DNA of 64,000 bases from Candidatus Eiseniibacteriota bacterium (lineage in GTDB: Bacteria > Eisenbacteria > RBG-16-71-46): NCBI GenBank assembly GCA_963717505.1, contig OY970342.1:1472001-1536000 (forward strand), read 5' to 3'. The notes below the pieces were generated by a model that was not told the DNA's origin, did not search any database, and saw nothing but the letters and a program-made list of their open reading frames with translations. This document shows positions 1 through 9,244 of the stretch, piece by piece. Each line of letters starts with the position of its first letter. Position 1 is the stretch's first letter. Both the position numbers and the translations under genes were made by a program.

Positions 1-2
1 AA

Positions 3-314
3 ACCGGAACGCTCGACGCGACCGCCGGATTGCCGGACCGATTCGAGCTGTCGGCGGCGATGCCCAACCCGACGCGCGGCGGATCGCGCTTCCTGTTGTC
101 GCTGCCGCAGGCGAGCCTGGTATCGCTGGCCGTCTACGACGCGCAAGGCCGCAAGATCTGGACCGATGCCGGACGCGACTACGAAGCCGGCCGCTGGTCG
201 ATCGATTGGCCGGGACGCAACGCGGCGGGAAACGCAGTGCCCGCAGGGCTCTACCTGGCGCGGGTGCGAGTCGGTAGTCAGGCCTGGATTCGTCGCGTGG
301 CCGTGATCCGGTAG
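3..314 (+). CDS. C-terminal fragment of exported protein with FlgD-Ig / T9SS-like sorting domain (5' truncated)
   Basis: PNP...VYDAQGR...WPGRNAAG..VPAGLYLARV pattern; frame open from the window edge. Confidence 0.8.
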   Translation, partial: TGTLDATAGLPDRFELSAAMPNPTRGGSRFLLSLPQASLVSLAVYDAQGRKIWTDAGRDYEAGRWSIDWPGRNAAGNAVPAGLYLARVRVGSQAWIRRVAVIR

Positions 315-325
315 CCTGCACGGTC

Positions 326-1789
326 ATGGCCGACCGCACTCCACGTCCGGGGATGGAGGAGAGCGCGTCGCGCTTCCGCCCCTTGCCGGCCGCCCTCGGC
401 CTGGCCGCCGCACTGATCGTGCTGTTGGTTCCAATCCCGGGGCTCGAGCCACGCGCGCACGCCACACTCGCGATTCTCACGCTCGCCGGCGCCTGGTGGA
501 TGACCGAGGCGCTGCCGGTGCCGGTGACCGCGCTGTTCATTCCCGTGCTCGGGATCGCCCTCGGTGTCTTCCCCGCGAAGGAAGCGTTCGCCGGGTTCGG
601 CGATCCGATCGTGTTCCTGTTCCTCGGCACCTTCCTGCTGACCGACGCGGCCGCGGTCCATGGGCTCAACCAGCGGCTCGCCCACGGTGTGCTCGGCTCG
701 CGTTGGGTGCGCGGGCATCCGCAGCGCATGCTATGGGCTCTGGCGCTGCTCGGCTGCACGATCTCGGCGTGGGTGAACAATACGGCGACCACCGCGATGT
801 TGCTGCCGCTGGCGCTCTCGGCCGAACGCTTCGGCTCGCCGCGTCTCCTGACCGGGGTGCTGCTGATGTGCGCCTATGCGCCGTCGCTCGGCGGGCTCGC
901 GACCCCGGTCGGCACCGCGCCCAATCTGATCGGCCTCCGGCTGATCGAGCAGCACCTGGGCGAGCGGCCGAGCTTTGCTTCGTGGTGCGCGACGTTCGCG
1001 CCCCTCGCGCTGGTCGGAACCGCGCTGAGCGCCGCGTGGCTCGGACTGCGCACCTCGCGGACGACCTCGAAGGAAGCGTTGCCGGTGGCACCCGCGGGGC
1101 CGTCGCCCGGGCCGTGGTCGCGCGCCGAGCGCACGCTGGTCCCACTGTTCGCGGTCGTGATTCTGCTGTGGATCACGCCCGGCATTCTGGCCGCGACCCC
1201 GCTCGCCTCGGCCGACTGGGTCAAGACCTGGCAGGCGCGGCTCCCGGAGCCCGCCGTACCGGTTGCCGGCGCACTCGCGTTGTTCCTCCTGCCGGCAGGC
1301 GGAGCCCGCGGCGGGCGCATCCTCGATGCCGGCGTGTTCCGCCGGCTCGATTGGGGAACGCTCATGCTGTTCGGCGGCGGGCTTTCGCTCGGCGCCATGA
1401 TGTTCGACTCGGGTCTCGCCCGATCGATCGGCGAGTACCTGTTCCATCATATGCCGGTGCCCGGGCTCGCGGGCATCGTGCTCGCCGCGACCATCATGGC
1501 GGTGGTGGTCAGCGAGCTGACCAGCAACACCGCGAGCGCCTCGCTGGTGGTGCCGGTGGTCCTGGCGCTCGCGCAGGCGGCCGGCGTCGATCCGCTCAAG
1601 CCGGCGTTGGCCGCGACACTCGGCTGCTCGTTCGGGTTCATGCTGCCGGTCTCGACCCCGCCGAATGCCCTGGTGTTCGGCACCGGCCGCGTGCGGATCG
1701 CCGATATGATCTCGCACGGTGCGCTGCTCGACGTCGCGGGAGTGCTGCTGGTGTTCGGCTGGGTGATGCTGTTCGTCCAGTCCGGCTAG
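326..1789 (+). CDS. DASS/SLC13 family sodium:dicarboxylate/sulfate symporter
   Basis: WWMTEALP, SAWVNNTAT, GTAPN, ELTSNTA and MLPVSTPPNA motifs; many TM helices. Confidence 0.9.
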   Translation: MADRTPRPGMEESASRFRPLPAALGLAAALIVLLVPIPGLEPRAHATLAILTLAGAWWMTEALPVPVTALFIPVLGIALGVFPAKEAFAGFGDPIVFLFLGTFLLTDAAAVHGLNQRLAHGVLGSRWVRGHPQRMLWALALLGCTISAWVNNTATTAMLLPLALSAERFGSPRLLTGVLLMCAYAPSLGGLATPVGTAPNLIGLRLIEQHLGERPSFASWCATFAPLALVGTALSAAWLGLRTSRTTSKEALPVAPAGPSPGPWSRAERTLVPLFAVVILLWITPGILAATPLASADWVKTWQARLPEPAVPVAGALALFLLPAGGARGGRILDAGVFRRLDWGTLMLFGGGLSLGAMMFDSGLARSIGEYLFHHMPVPGLAGIVLAATIMAVVVSELTSNTASASLVVPVVLALAQAAGVDPLKPALAATLGCSFGFMLPVSTPPNALVFGTGRVRIADMISHGALLDVAGVLLVFGWVMLFVQSG

Positions 1790-3918
1790 GGCGTCGCGCT
1801 CAGCTGATTCAGCATGAACGCGTACTCCTCGGCAGTCTCGCGCAGCCGCTCGAAGCGTCCGGACCGCCCGCCGTGCCCCGCCGACATGTTGATCTTGAAC
1901 AGCAGCGGGTTGTGGTCGGTCTTGTTGGCGCGCAGGCGCGCCACCCACTTGGCCGGCTCGTAGTACTGCACCTGGGAATCGTAGAGACCGGTGGTCACCA
2001 GCATGGCCGGGTACGCAGCCGGCCGCACGTTGTCGTAGGGCGAGTACGCCAGCATGTTGTCGTAGTGCTTCTTCTGCTTGGGATTGCCCCACTCGTCGAA
2101 CTCGTTGGTCACCAGCGGAATCGATTCGTCGAGCATGGTGGTGACCGCGTCGACGTAGGGCACGTGCGCGACGATGCCGCGGTACTTCTCGGGAGCCTGG
2201 TTCGCGATCACGCCCATCAGCAGCCCCCCGGCGCTTCCGCCTGAGGCGAACACGCGATCGCGCGCGACATAACCCTCCGCGACCAGGAAGTCGGTGACGT
2301 CGACGAAATCGTTGAAGGTGTTCTTCTTGTTCAGCAGCCTGCCGGTCTCGTACCAGGCGCGTCCCATCTCCTGGCCACCGCGGACGTGGGCCAGCGCGTA
2401 GACGAAGCCCCGATCGAGCAGCGAGATGGCGTTACGGTCGAACTCGGGATCGACCGACAAACCGTAGGACCCGTAGCCGTACTGGTAGAGCGGAGCGGTG
2501 CCGTCCTTGCTGAGTCCGCGCCGGTAGACCAGGGACACCGGGATCTTCGTGCCGTCGCGCGCCGGCGCCCAGACCCGCTCGGTGATGTAGCGAGCAGGGT
2601 CGAAGCCGCCGAGCACCGGCTGGCGCTTGAGCAGCGTACGCGCGCCGGTGCGCATGTCGACTTCATAGATCGTCTCGGGCGTGGTCAGCGACGTGTAGCT
2701 GTAGCGCAACAGGCTCGTGTCCTGCTCGGCGTTGACCGAGAAGGTCGCGGCGTAGACCGGCTCGTCGGACTCGATGTGAAACGCTTGCTTGGGCGCTCGC
2801 CACGGGATGATCCGGATGCGCAACAACCCGTCGCTGCGCTCGTTCAAGGCCAGGTGGTCGCGGAACAGGGCGAACGACTCGATCAGGACGCGGTCGTCGT
2901 AGGGCAGCAGTTCCTTCCAGCGCTTGCGATCGCCGATCTGGGCATCGTCCACCGTCATCATGCGGAAGTTGCGCGCGCGCCAGTTGGTCAGGATCACCCA
3001 GCGCCCGGCGATGTGGTCGGCGTCGTAGAGCATGTCGCTTTGGCGCGGCGCCAGCACGCTCGGCCGGGCGGAGGAGTCGCCGGCATCGATCGCCCAGAGT
3101 TCGCCCGACAACGTGCTGGTCAGTTCCAGCGTCACGTAGCGGTCGTCGCCGGTCTTGCCGACGTCGAGGTAGTACTGCGTGTCTTTCTCCTCGTACACGA
3201 CCGGATCGCTGGCCGGATCGGTGCCCAGCACGTGCTTCTTCACGCGGGTCGACAGCAGGGTCACCGGGTCGTTCTCGACGTAGTAGATCGTCCGGTTGTC
3301 GTTGGCCCAGGCCACGGTGTTGCTCAAGCCCGAAATCCGTTCCGGGTAGTCGCGCCCAGAGGTCAGGTCGCGGATGCGCAGTGTGTACTGCCGGCGTCCG
3401 GTGGTGTCCTCGAGAAACGCGAGCAGTCGCTGATCGAAACTGACCTCGCGCGTGACCACGCGGTAGTAGGACCTGCCTTCGCCCTCGCGGTTCTCGTCGA
3501 CCAGGACCTGCTCGACGTCCGACCCGACGGCACGGCGCGCGTAGATCGGGTGCTCCTTACCGGTCTGGAAGCGCGTGAAGTAGACGTAGTCCTTGTCGCG
3601 GTAGGGAACCGTGCTGTCGTCCTGCTGAATGCGGCCGATCAGTTCCTGGTACAGCGAGTCGGTCAGCGCCGCGTAAGGAGCGGTCATCGCCGTGAAGTAC
3701 GCGTTTTCCGCCTCGAGGTAGCCGAGCATTTCGGGATGGGTTCGCGAGTCGTCGCGCAGCCAGTAGTAGGGGTCGTTGCGGGTGCCGTTGGGCGACTCGA
3801 CGGCATGCGGGCGGACGGCCGCGACCGGTGGCGCCGCGGGGGTCGCCGATTCTGCGGGCGACGCGTGAATCATGGTCATGAGCAGGAACGCCAGGGGGCG
3901 GGAACGGGAGCGTGACAT
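1786..3918 (-). CDS. ptrB: Oligopeptidase B (S9A prolyl oligopeptidase family) with N-terminal signal-like segment
   Basis: DPYYWLRDD, YGYGSYG, GGSAGG nucleophile, DSQV and AGHGG catalytic motifs. Confidence 0.92.
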   Translation of the reverse strand: MSRSRSRPLAFLLMTMIHASPAESATPAAPPVAAVRPHAVESPNGTRNDPYYWLRDDSRTHPEMLGYLEAENAYFTAMTAPYAALTDSLYQELIGRIQQDDSTVPYRDKDYVYFTRFQTGKEHPIYARRAVGSDVEQVLVDENREGEGRSYYRVVTREVSFDQRLLAFLEDTTGRRQYTLRIRDLTSGRDYPERISGLSNTVAWANDNRTIYYVENDPVTLLSTRVKKHVLGTDPASDPVVYEEKDTQYYLDVGKTGDDRYVTLELTSTLSGELWAIDAGDSSARPSVLAPRQSDMLYDADHIAGRWVILTNWRARNFRMMTVDDAQIGDRKRWKELLPYDDRVLIESFALFRDHLALNERSDGLLRIRIIPWRAPKQAFHIESDEPVYAATFSVNAEQDTSLLRYSYTSLTTPETIYEVDMRTGARTLLKRQPVLGGFDPARYITERVWAPARDGTKIPVSLVYRRGLSKDGTAPLYQYGYGSYGLSVDPEFDRNAISLLDRGFVYALAHVRGGQEMGRAWYETGRLLNKKNTFNDFVDVTDFLVAEGYVARDRVFASGGSAGGLLMGVIANQAPEKYRGIVAHVPYVDAVTTMLDESIPLVTNEFDEWGNPKQKKHYDNMLAYSPYDNVRPAAYPAMLVTTGLYDSQVQYYEPAKWVARLRANKTDHNPLLFKINMSAGHGGRSGRFERLRETAEEYAFMLNQLSATP

Positions 3919-3978
3919 GGACGACACATCCTACGCCGTTCACCCCGGGCAAATGGAGTCGCGGGACCTGACGAAAAC

Positions 3979-3990
3979 GTGTTACAACAC
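3979..3990. promoter_or_regulatory. Palindrome GTGTT-AC-AACAC, candidate MarR operator
   Basis: Perfect inverted repeat in the AT-richer divergent gap about 40 nt upstream of the MarR gene. Confidence 0.5.
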
Positions 3991-4028
3991 ACGAACCCCG
4001 GCGGCATCCAAACCCCCACGAGAACGAA

Positions 4029-4523
4029 ATGGCCCGGAACCGTTCACAGCCTCTGAACCGCCGCATTCACCAGGCGCGGTTCGAGAGCCCCCAGCACGAA
4101 GCCATGCTGGGCCTGTTGGTGGCCGCGGGCCACCTGCGCGAGCGGATCGAAGCCGTGTGCGCACGACACCAAGTGACCGGCGGCCAGTACAACGTTCTGC
4201 GCGTCCTGCGCGGGGCACATCCCGACGGGTATCCGCGCTGGGACATCGCGCGCCGGCTGATCGAGCGATCCCCCGACGTCACGCGCCTGATCGACCGACT
4301 CGCCGAGGGCGGCTGGGTCGAGCGGGTGCGGTCCGAGCAGGATCGGCGGCTGTCGGTGACGCGCATCACGACCAAAGGACTCAAGCTGCTCGAACGCATG
4401 CGGGGCGAGATCGAAGCCATTCAGGCCGACCTCGCGCGCCGGCTTCCGGATCGCGAGGCGCGTGCGCTGGCGGACTTGTGCGCACGGTTGTACGACGAAG
4501 GAACGGAGGAAGAGCAAGAGTGA
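4029..4523 (+). CDS. MarR family transcriptional regulator
   Basis: QYNVLRVL, DVTRLIDRL, DRR wing motif. Confidence 0.92.
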   Translation: MARNRSQPLNRRIHQARFESPQHEAMLGLLVAAGHLRERIEAVCARHQVTGGQYNVLRVLRGAHPDGYPRWDIARRLIERSPDVTRLIDRLAEGGWVERVRSEQDRRLSVTRITTKGLKLLERMRGEIEAIQADLARRLPDREARALADLCARLYDEGTEEEQE

Positions 4524-5533
4524 AAGACGCTCCGAAACAACCCGAGAACGCCGCGGAAGAAACCCGGATCTCGGGAATTCATCACGTCACCGCGATTGCC
4601 GGCGACCCGCAGCGCAACCTGGACTTCTACTCCGGGGTGCTTGGGCTCCGCTTGATCAAACGCACGGTGAACTTCGACGACCCCGGCAGTTACCACTTCT
4701 ACTTTGGTGACGCGCTCGGCAAACCCGGCACGTTGATGACGTTCTTCCCGTGGCCGGGTGCTCCGCGCGGGCGCGTCGGCGCGGGCCAGGTGACCGCGAC
4801 CGCGTTCGCGATCCCCGCGGGATCGATGTCGTGGTGGCGGGATCGTCTTTCGGGCCTCGGCCTCGACCTCGATTCCCAGATTCGTTTCGAGAGTTCGGTT
4901 CTCGCGTTCGAGGACCCCGATGGATTGCGCCTCGAGCTGATCGAGACCGAATCGGCGCCCGGCGTGGTCGAGCCGTGGGCTGACGGTCCGGTCGCTCCGG
5001 AGCACGGCATCACCGGCTTTCGCGGCGTGACGCTGTCGCCCGCGGGCCGCGACGAGCGCTCGCTCGAGCTGCTCGAGAACGTGCTCGGATTCGCGCGGCG
5101 GGGTGAGGAGCGCGGGCGCACGCGGCTCGAAACCGCGGGGCCTTTGCCGGGGACCGTGGCCGACGTCGTGGTCGATCCCGATCTGCCGCGCGGACGCATG
5201 GGCGCCGGCACCGTGCACCACGTGGCGTGGCGCACGACCAACTCCGATACCCAACGGGCGTGGATGGATCGTTTGTTCGCCGCCGGCCAGCCGACCACCG
5301 ACGTGGCGGAACGCTGCTACTTCCGCTCGATCTACTTTCGCGAGCCGGGTCACGTGCTCCACGAGATCGCGACCGAAGGGCCGGGCATGATGATCGACGA
5401 GGATCGGGCGAGCCTCGGATCGACGCTCCGCCTGCCGCCATGGCTCGAGCCGCGGCGCGAGCGCATCGAGTCGGAGCTGCCCAAGATCGATTCGCCGAAG
5501 TCGTCGGAGACCGGTGTGCGAGGTGCTTCCTGA
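4520..5533 (+). CDS. Ring-cleaving dioxygenase, VOC/glyoxalase family (MhqA/MhqO-like)
   Basis: GIHHVTAI, TVNFDDP, MTFFPW, GTVHHVAW, YFRSIYFREPG; GTG start overlaps the marR stop (GTGA). Confidence 0.92.
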   Translation: MKDAPKQPENAAEETRISGIHHVTAIAGDPQRNLDFYSGVLGLRLIKRTVNFDDPGSYHFYFGDALGKPGTLMTFFPWPGAPRGRVGAGQVTATAFAIPAGSMSWWRDRLSGLGLDLDSQIRFESSVLAFEDPDGLRLELIETESAPGVVEPWADGPVAPEHGITGFRGVTLSPAGRDERSLELLENVLGFARRGEERGRTRLETAGPLPGTVADVVVDPDLPRGRMGAGTVHHVAWRTTNSDTQRAWMDRLFAAGQPTTDVAERCYFRSIYFREPGHVLHEIATEGPGMMIDEDRASLGSTLRLPPWLEPRRERIESELPKIDSPKSSETGVRGAS

Positions 5534-6183
5534 GCGCGCCCGAGGAGAAGTGCCCGGGTAAGGCCGTTCAGAGTTTCGTCCATCGCTTCGAGCCGGCCCG
5601 TTCACCGGGAAGCGGACGCACGATCCTGCTGCTGCACGGTACCGGCGGCGACGAGAACGATCTGCTGCCGCTCGCCCGCATGCTCGACCCCGAGGCGGCG
5701 GTGCTGAGTCCGCGCGGCCAGGTGCTCGAGCGGGACATGCCGCGCTTCTTCCGACGTCTCGCTGAGGGTGTCTACGACGTCGAGGATCTGGTGACCCGGG
5801 CGCACGGACTCGCAGACTTCGTCCGGGATGCCGCGAGCCAGTACGGGTTCGACCCGGGCAAGGTGGTCGCTGCCGGATTCTCGAACGGCGCCAACATCGC
5901 GGCCGCGACGTTGCTGCTGCGCCCCGAGGCGATGCACTCGGCGATCCTGCTCCACCCGATGATGCCGGTCGATCTCGACGCGACCGGCAGCCTGGCGGGC
6001 GTCCGCGTCTTCGTGGCCGGCGGTCGGTTCGACCCGGTCGCGCGACCCGAGGACACCGAGCGCGTGGTCCAGCTGCTCGAGTCGCGTGGGGCCGAAGTGA
6101 CCACGCACTGGGAGCCCGCGGGCCATTCGCTGACTCAGGGCGAGATCGTCGCCGCGCGCACCTGGCTCCGGGCTAGCGCCTAG
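5530..6183 (+). CDS. Phospholipase/carboxylesterase, alpha/beta hydrolase (MhqD/YodD-like); start uncertain, possibly CTG
   Basis: LLHGTGGDE, RFFRR, GFSNGA, GH; CTGA overlap with upstream stop. Confidence 0.85.
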   Translation: MSAPEEKCPGKAVQSFVHRFEPARSPGSGRTILLLHGTGGDENDLLPLARMLDPEAAVLSPRGQVLERDMPRFFRRLAEGVYDVEDLVTRAHGLADFVRDAASQYGFDPGKVVAAGFSNGANIAAATLLLRPEAMHSAILLHPMMPVDLDATGSLAGVRVFVAGGRFDPVARPEDTERVVQLLESRGAEVTTHWEPAGHSLTQGEIVAARTWLRASA

Positions 6184-6304
6184 AAACCGGATCGAATTCT
6201 GCGGGGGCCCACTCCCGCGTCCGGATGTGGAATCACGCTCCGGTCATGCCGGAGTCGGCCTCACTGCGGTGCCGCGCACCGGATGCGATAGTCTGCGCGG
6301 CTCC

Positions 6305-7693
6305 ATGTCCGTCGCCCCGGCTCTTTCGACCTCTTCGGAGCACACGCCCAGCCTGCGGAAGCTGCTGCATCTCGCCTGGCCGGTGGTGCTCACGCGCTCG
6401 ACCCAATCGGTCATCGGTCTGTGTGACGCGCTCATGGTGGCCCGGCTCGGCGCCGACGCGCTGGCCGCGACCGCCACCGGGGCGCTCAACGCGTTCACCG
6501 TCGCGATCATTCCGTTCGGCATCGTGTTCATCGTGCAGAGCTTTGCCGCCCAGCTCGCCGGACGACGGGAGTACGCCGCCTCGCGTCGCTACGCGTGGTA
6601 CGGCCTCGCGGTCGGCATCGCCACCTCGGTGATTGCGATTGCCGTCACCCCGTTCGCCGGCTCGCTGATCAAGGTCTTCAATTTCCCGACGGCCGTGCAC
6701 CTCGGCATGACCGAGTACATGCAGTTCCGGTTGTGGTCGTTGGGCGCCTTCGTCGCGACCGAGTCGTTCGGCAACTGGTTCGCCGGGCTCGGCGACACGC
6801 GCGTGCCGATGCGCGCCAGCGTCGTGGCCATGGTCTCGAACATCGCGCTCAATTGGGTGCTGATCTTCGGCCACCTGGGCGCCCCGGCAATGGGCATCGC
6901 CGGAGCCGCACTGGCCAGCGGGCTGTCCAACTGCCTCGGCTTCGCGTACATCGCGGCCGCCTACCACGTCCGCCAACGCGAGCTGGCCGGCGACGAGCCG
7001 CTCGAGTTCCGGGGCCGTGAGTTCCTGCGCATGCTCCGCTTCGGCATTCCCAACGGTATCAACTGGTTCATGGAGATGGGCGCGTTCACGCTGTTCATCA
7101 ACGTGGTCGTCGGCACCCTCGGCACCCACGTGCTGGCCGCGATGAACGTGATCCTGCAGCTCAATTCGGTGTCGTTCATGCCGGCGTTCGGTCTGTCGTC
7201 GGCGGGTGCGATCCTGGTCGGGCAGGCGATCGGCGCCGGGGCGCGCGATCAGGTCGGGCGCATCGTATGGCTGACGCTGCGCGTCACGCTGGCCTGGCAG
7301 GGCGCGGTCGGGCTCCTCTACTTGTTCGCACCGCGGCTCCTGCTCTGGCCGTTCACCAGCGGCGTCGCCGACGGAGCGGCGGTTCTCGGGGTCGGCGCCT
7401 TGATGCTCGCGGTCAGTGCCGCGTGGCAAATCTTCGACGCGGTCGGAATAACCGTGGGCGAAGCCCTGCGCGCGGCCGGCGACACCGCCTGGTGCATGTG
7501 GGCGCGATTGGCCACGGCCTGGCTGCTGTTCGTGCCGCTGGGTTGGTGGGTGGTCGTGCGCGGCGACGGCGGACATGCCGGCGCCATGTGGTGCATCGTG
7601 TTCTACCTCGCGATTCTGGGCACGGCGTTCGCGCTGCGGTTCCGCAGCGGCGCCTGGCGCCGCATCGAGTTGATCGAGCCGGCGATCGTCTAG
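6305..7693 (+). CDS. MATE family efflux transporter
   Basis: LAWPV, LNWVLIFG..GAPAMGIAGAALAS, LRAAGDT; about 12 TM. Confidence 0.9.
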   Translation: MSVAPALSTSSEHTPSLRKLLHLAWPVVLTRSTQSVIGLCDALMVARLGADALAATATGALNAFTVAIIPFGIVFIVQSFAAQLAGRREYAASRRYAWYGLAVGIATSVIAIAVTPFAGSLIKVFNFPTAVHLGMTEYMQFRLWSLGAFVATESFGNWFAGLGDTRVPMRASVVAMVSNIALNWVLIFGHLGAPAMGIAGAALASGLSNCLGFAYIAAAYHVRQRELAGDEPLEFRGREFLRMLRFGIPNGINWFMEMGAFTLFINVVVGTLGTHVLAAMNVILQLNSVSFMPAFGLSSAGAILVGQAIGAGARDQVGRIVWLTLRVTLAWQGAVGLLYLFAPRLLLWPFTSGVADGAAVLGVGALMLAVSAAWQIFDAVGITVGEALRAAGDTAWCMWARLATAWLLFVPLGWWVVVRGDGGHAGAMWCIVFYLAILGTAFALRFRSGAWRRIELIEPAIV

Positions 7694-7844
7694 CGCCGGC
7701 CCGGCATCGGGGACCGCTTGCCCGGCGCGGCGCGCTTCGGGCAAACTCCGACGCGCTCCTCCCGTCCTCGACACCGGTCGGTCCGCGCCGCGCGTCCCGG
7801 ATCAGTCCCGCGTTTCTTCCCTGGCGGACCAGGGGAGTCGTCCG

Positions 7845-8471
7845 ATGCTCCATCGGTCTCTGTGTCCGATCTTCGCCCTCGGGCTACTGGCCTTGGCGGC
7901 GGCACCGTCCGCATTGCACGCTGGCCAACCCCGAACCCACGACGGATTCTACCTGCGCATGTGTCTTGGCGGTGGCGCCGCCAATACCAAGATCGACGAC
8001 CCGGCGATGAAGATCGACATCGACGGCAGTGCAATGGACCTGGAGGTGGCGATCGGCGGCGTAATCGCCCCCAACCTCGCGATGCACGGCACGTTCTGGG
8101 GGCCGCTGATGACCGACCCCGACGCCACGATCGACATCCCCGGAGTTGGTCCCACCAGCGGCGTGCTCGAGGGCGACGTGGACTTCATCGCTGTCGGCGG
8201 CGGCCTGACCTACTACATCATGCCCATGAACCTGTACCTCTCGGGCTCGGCCGGCTTCGGCAGCATCAACTTCGACACGTCGGTGACGAACTACGACACC
8301 AACGATGGGTTGAGTCTCGAACTGGCCGTGGGCAAGGAATGGTGGGTGGGCAAGAGCTGGGGGCTGGGGCTGAGCGGGGGATTCACCTACCACTCGATTC
8401 CCGACGGCGGCGTCCCCGGCGACTGGACCGGCACCAGCTACGCCCTTCGTTTCTCGGCGACGCTGAACTAG
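7845..8471 (+). CDS. Small outer-membrane beta-barrel protein (paralog 1)
   Basis: Signal peptide, THDGFYLR, amphipathic strands, GKEWWV, C-terminal RFSATLN. Confidence 0.7.
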   Translation: MLHRSLCPIFALGLLALAAAPSALHAGQPRTHDGFYLRMCLGGGAANTKIDDPAMKIDIDGSAMDLEVAIGGVIAPNLAMHGTFWGPLMTDPDATIDIPGVGPTSGVLEGDVDFIAVGGGLTYYIMPMNLYLSGSAGFGSINFDTSVTNYDTNDGLSLELAVGKEWWVGKSWGLGLSGGFTYHSIPDGGVPGDWTGTSYALRFSATLN

Positions 8472-8608
8472 CCCGGCTCTTCCTTGCTCGCCGCATGGGA
8501 AAAAGCACAGAATCCCGCCCACATCCTGGCCTGCGGCACGCACGTCGGTCCGCGCCGCGTGGCAGGGTGCACCCACGACTTCCCCCGGACCGACAGAGGT
8601 CGCCATCA

Positions 8609-9244
8609 ATGTTCCGTCGGTTCGGGCAGTTGGCCGTTTCAGTGTTCACGCTCGCGATCCTGGCGTTTGTCGCTTCCCCCTCGACGACCTTCGCGGGAGA
8701 GCCCAAGACCCACGACGGCTTCTTCCTGCGACTGTCGACCGGACTCGGGTCCGCGAACACTGAGATCGATCATCCGTTGATGTCGGCAGACATCGACGGG
8801 TTAGCCACGGATGTGAACATCGCGATCGGGGGCATGGTGAGCCGCAACTTCGCGCTGCACGCGACGCTTTGGGGCTGGTCGTCGAGCGACCCGGATGCGG
8901 ACATCACGATCCCCGGCGTCGGCACCGCAAGCGGGTCGCTCGACGGGTCCGTGAACGTGGGCGCGTTTGGCGGCGGCGCCACCTACTACTTCATGCCCGT
9001 GAACATCTACCTTTCGGGATCCGTCGGAATGGGCACGCTGTCGGTGGATGGCGGCAACGCCGACGGCGAATCCGACAGCGGGATCGTGACGGACCTGACC
9101 CTGGGCAAGGAGTGGTGGGTGGGCGATTCCTGGGGCCTCGGCCTGGCCGGCGGCTTCTCGTATCACTCGCTGCCCGATGGCGGCATCGACGAGAACTGGT
9201 CGGGAATGAGCTACACAGCCCGCTTCAGCGCGACACTGAACTAG
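8609..9244 (+). CDS. Small outer-membrane beta-barrel protein (paralog 2)
   Basis: Signal peptide, THDGFFLR, GKEWWV, RFSATLN; clearly homologous to 7845..8471. Confidence 0.7.
   Translation: MFRRFGQLAVSVFTLAILAFVASPSTTFAGEPKTHDGFFLRLSTGLGSANTEIDHPLMSADIDGLATDVNIAIGGMVSRNFALHATLWGWSSSDPDADITIPGVGTASGSLDGSVNVGAFGGGATYYFMPVNIYLSGSVGMGTLSVDGGNADGESDSGIVTDLTLGKEWWVGDSWGLGLAGGFSYHSLPDGGIDENWSGMSYTARFSATLN

Noticed and set aside
7718-9244. 508-aa ORF spanning both beta-barrels
   Set aside because: Upstream part is off-frame to paralog 1; real start at 8609
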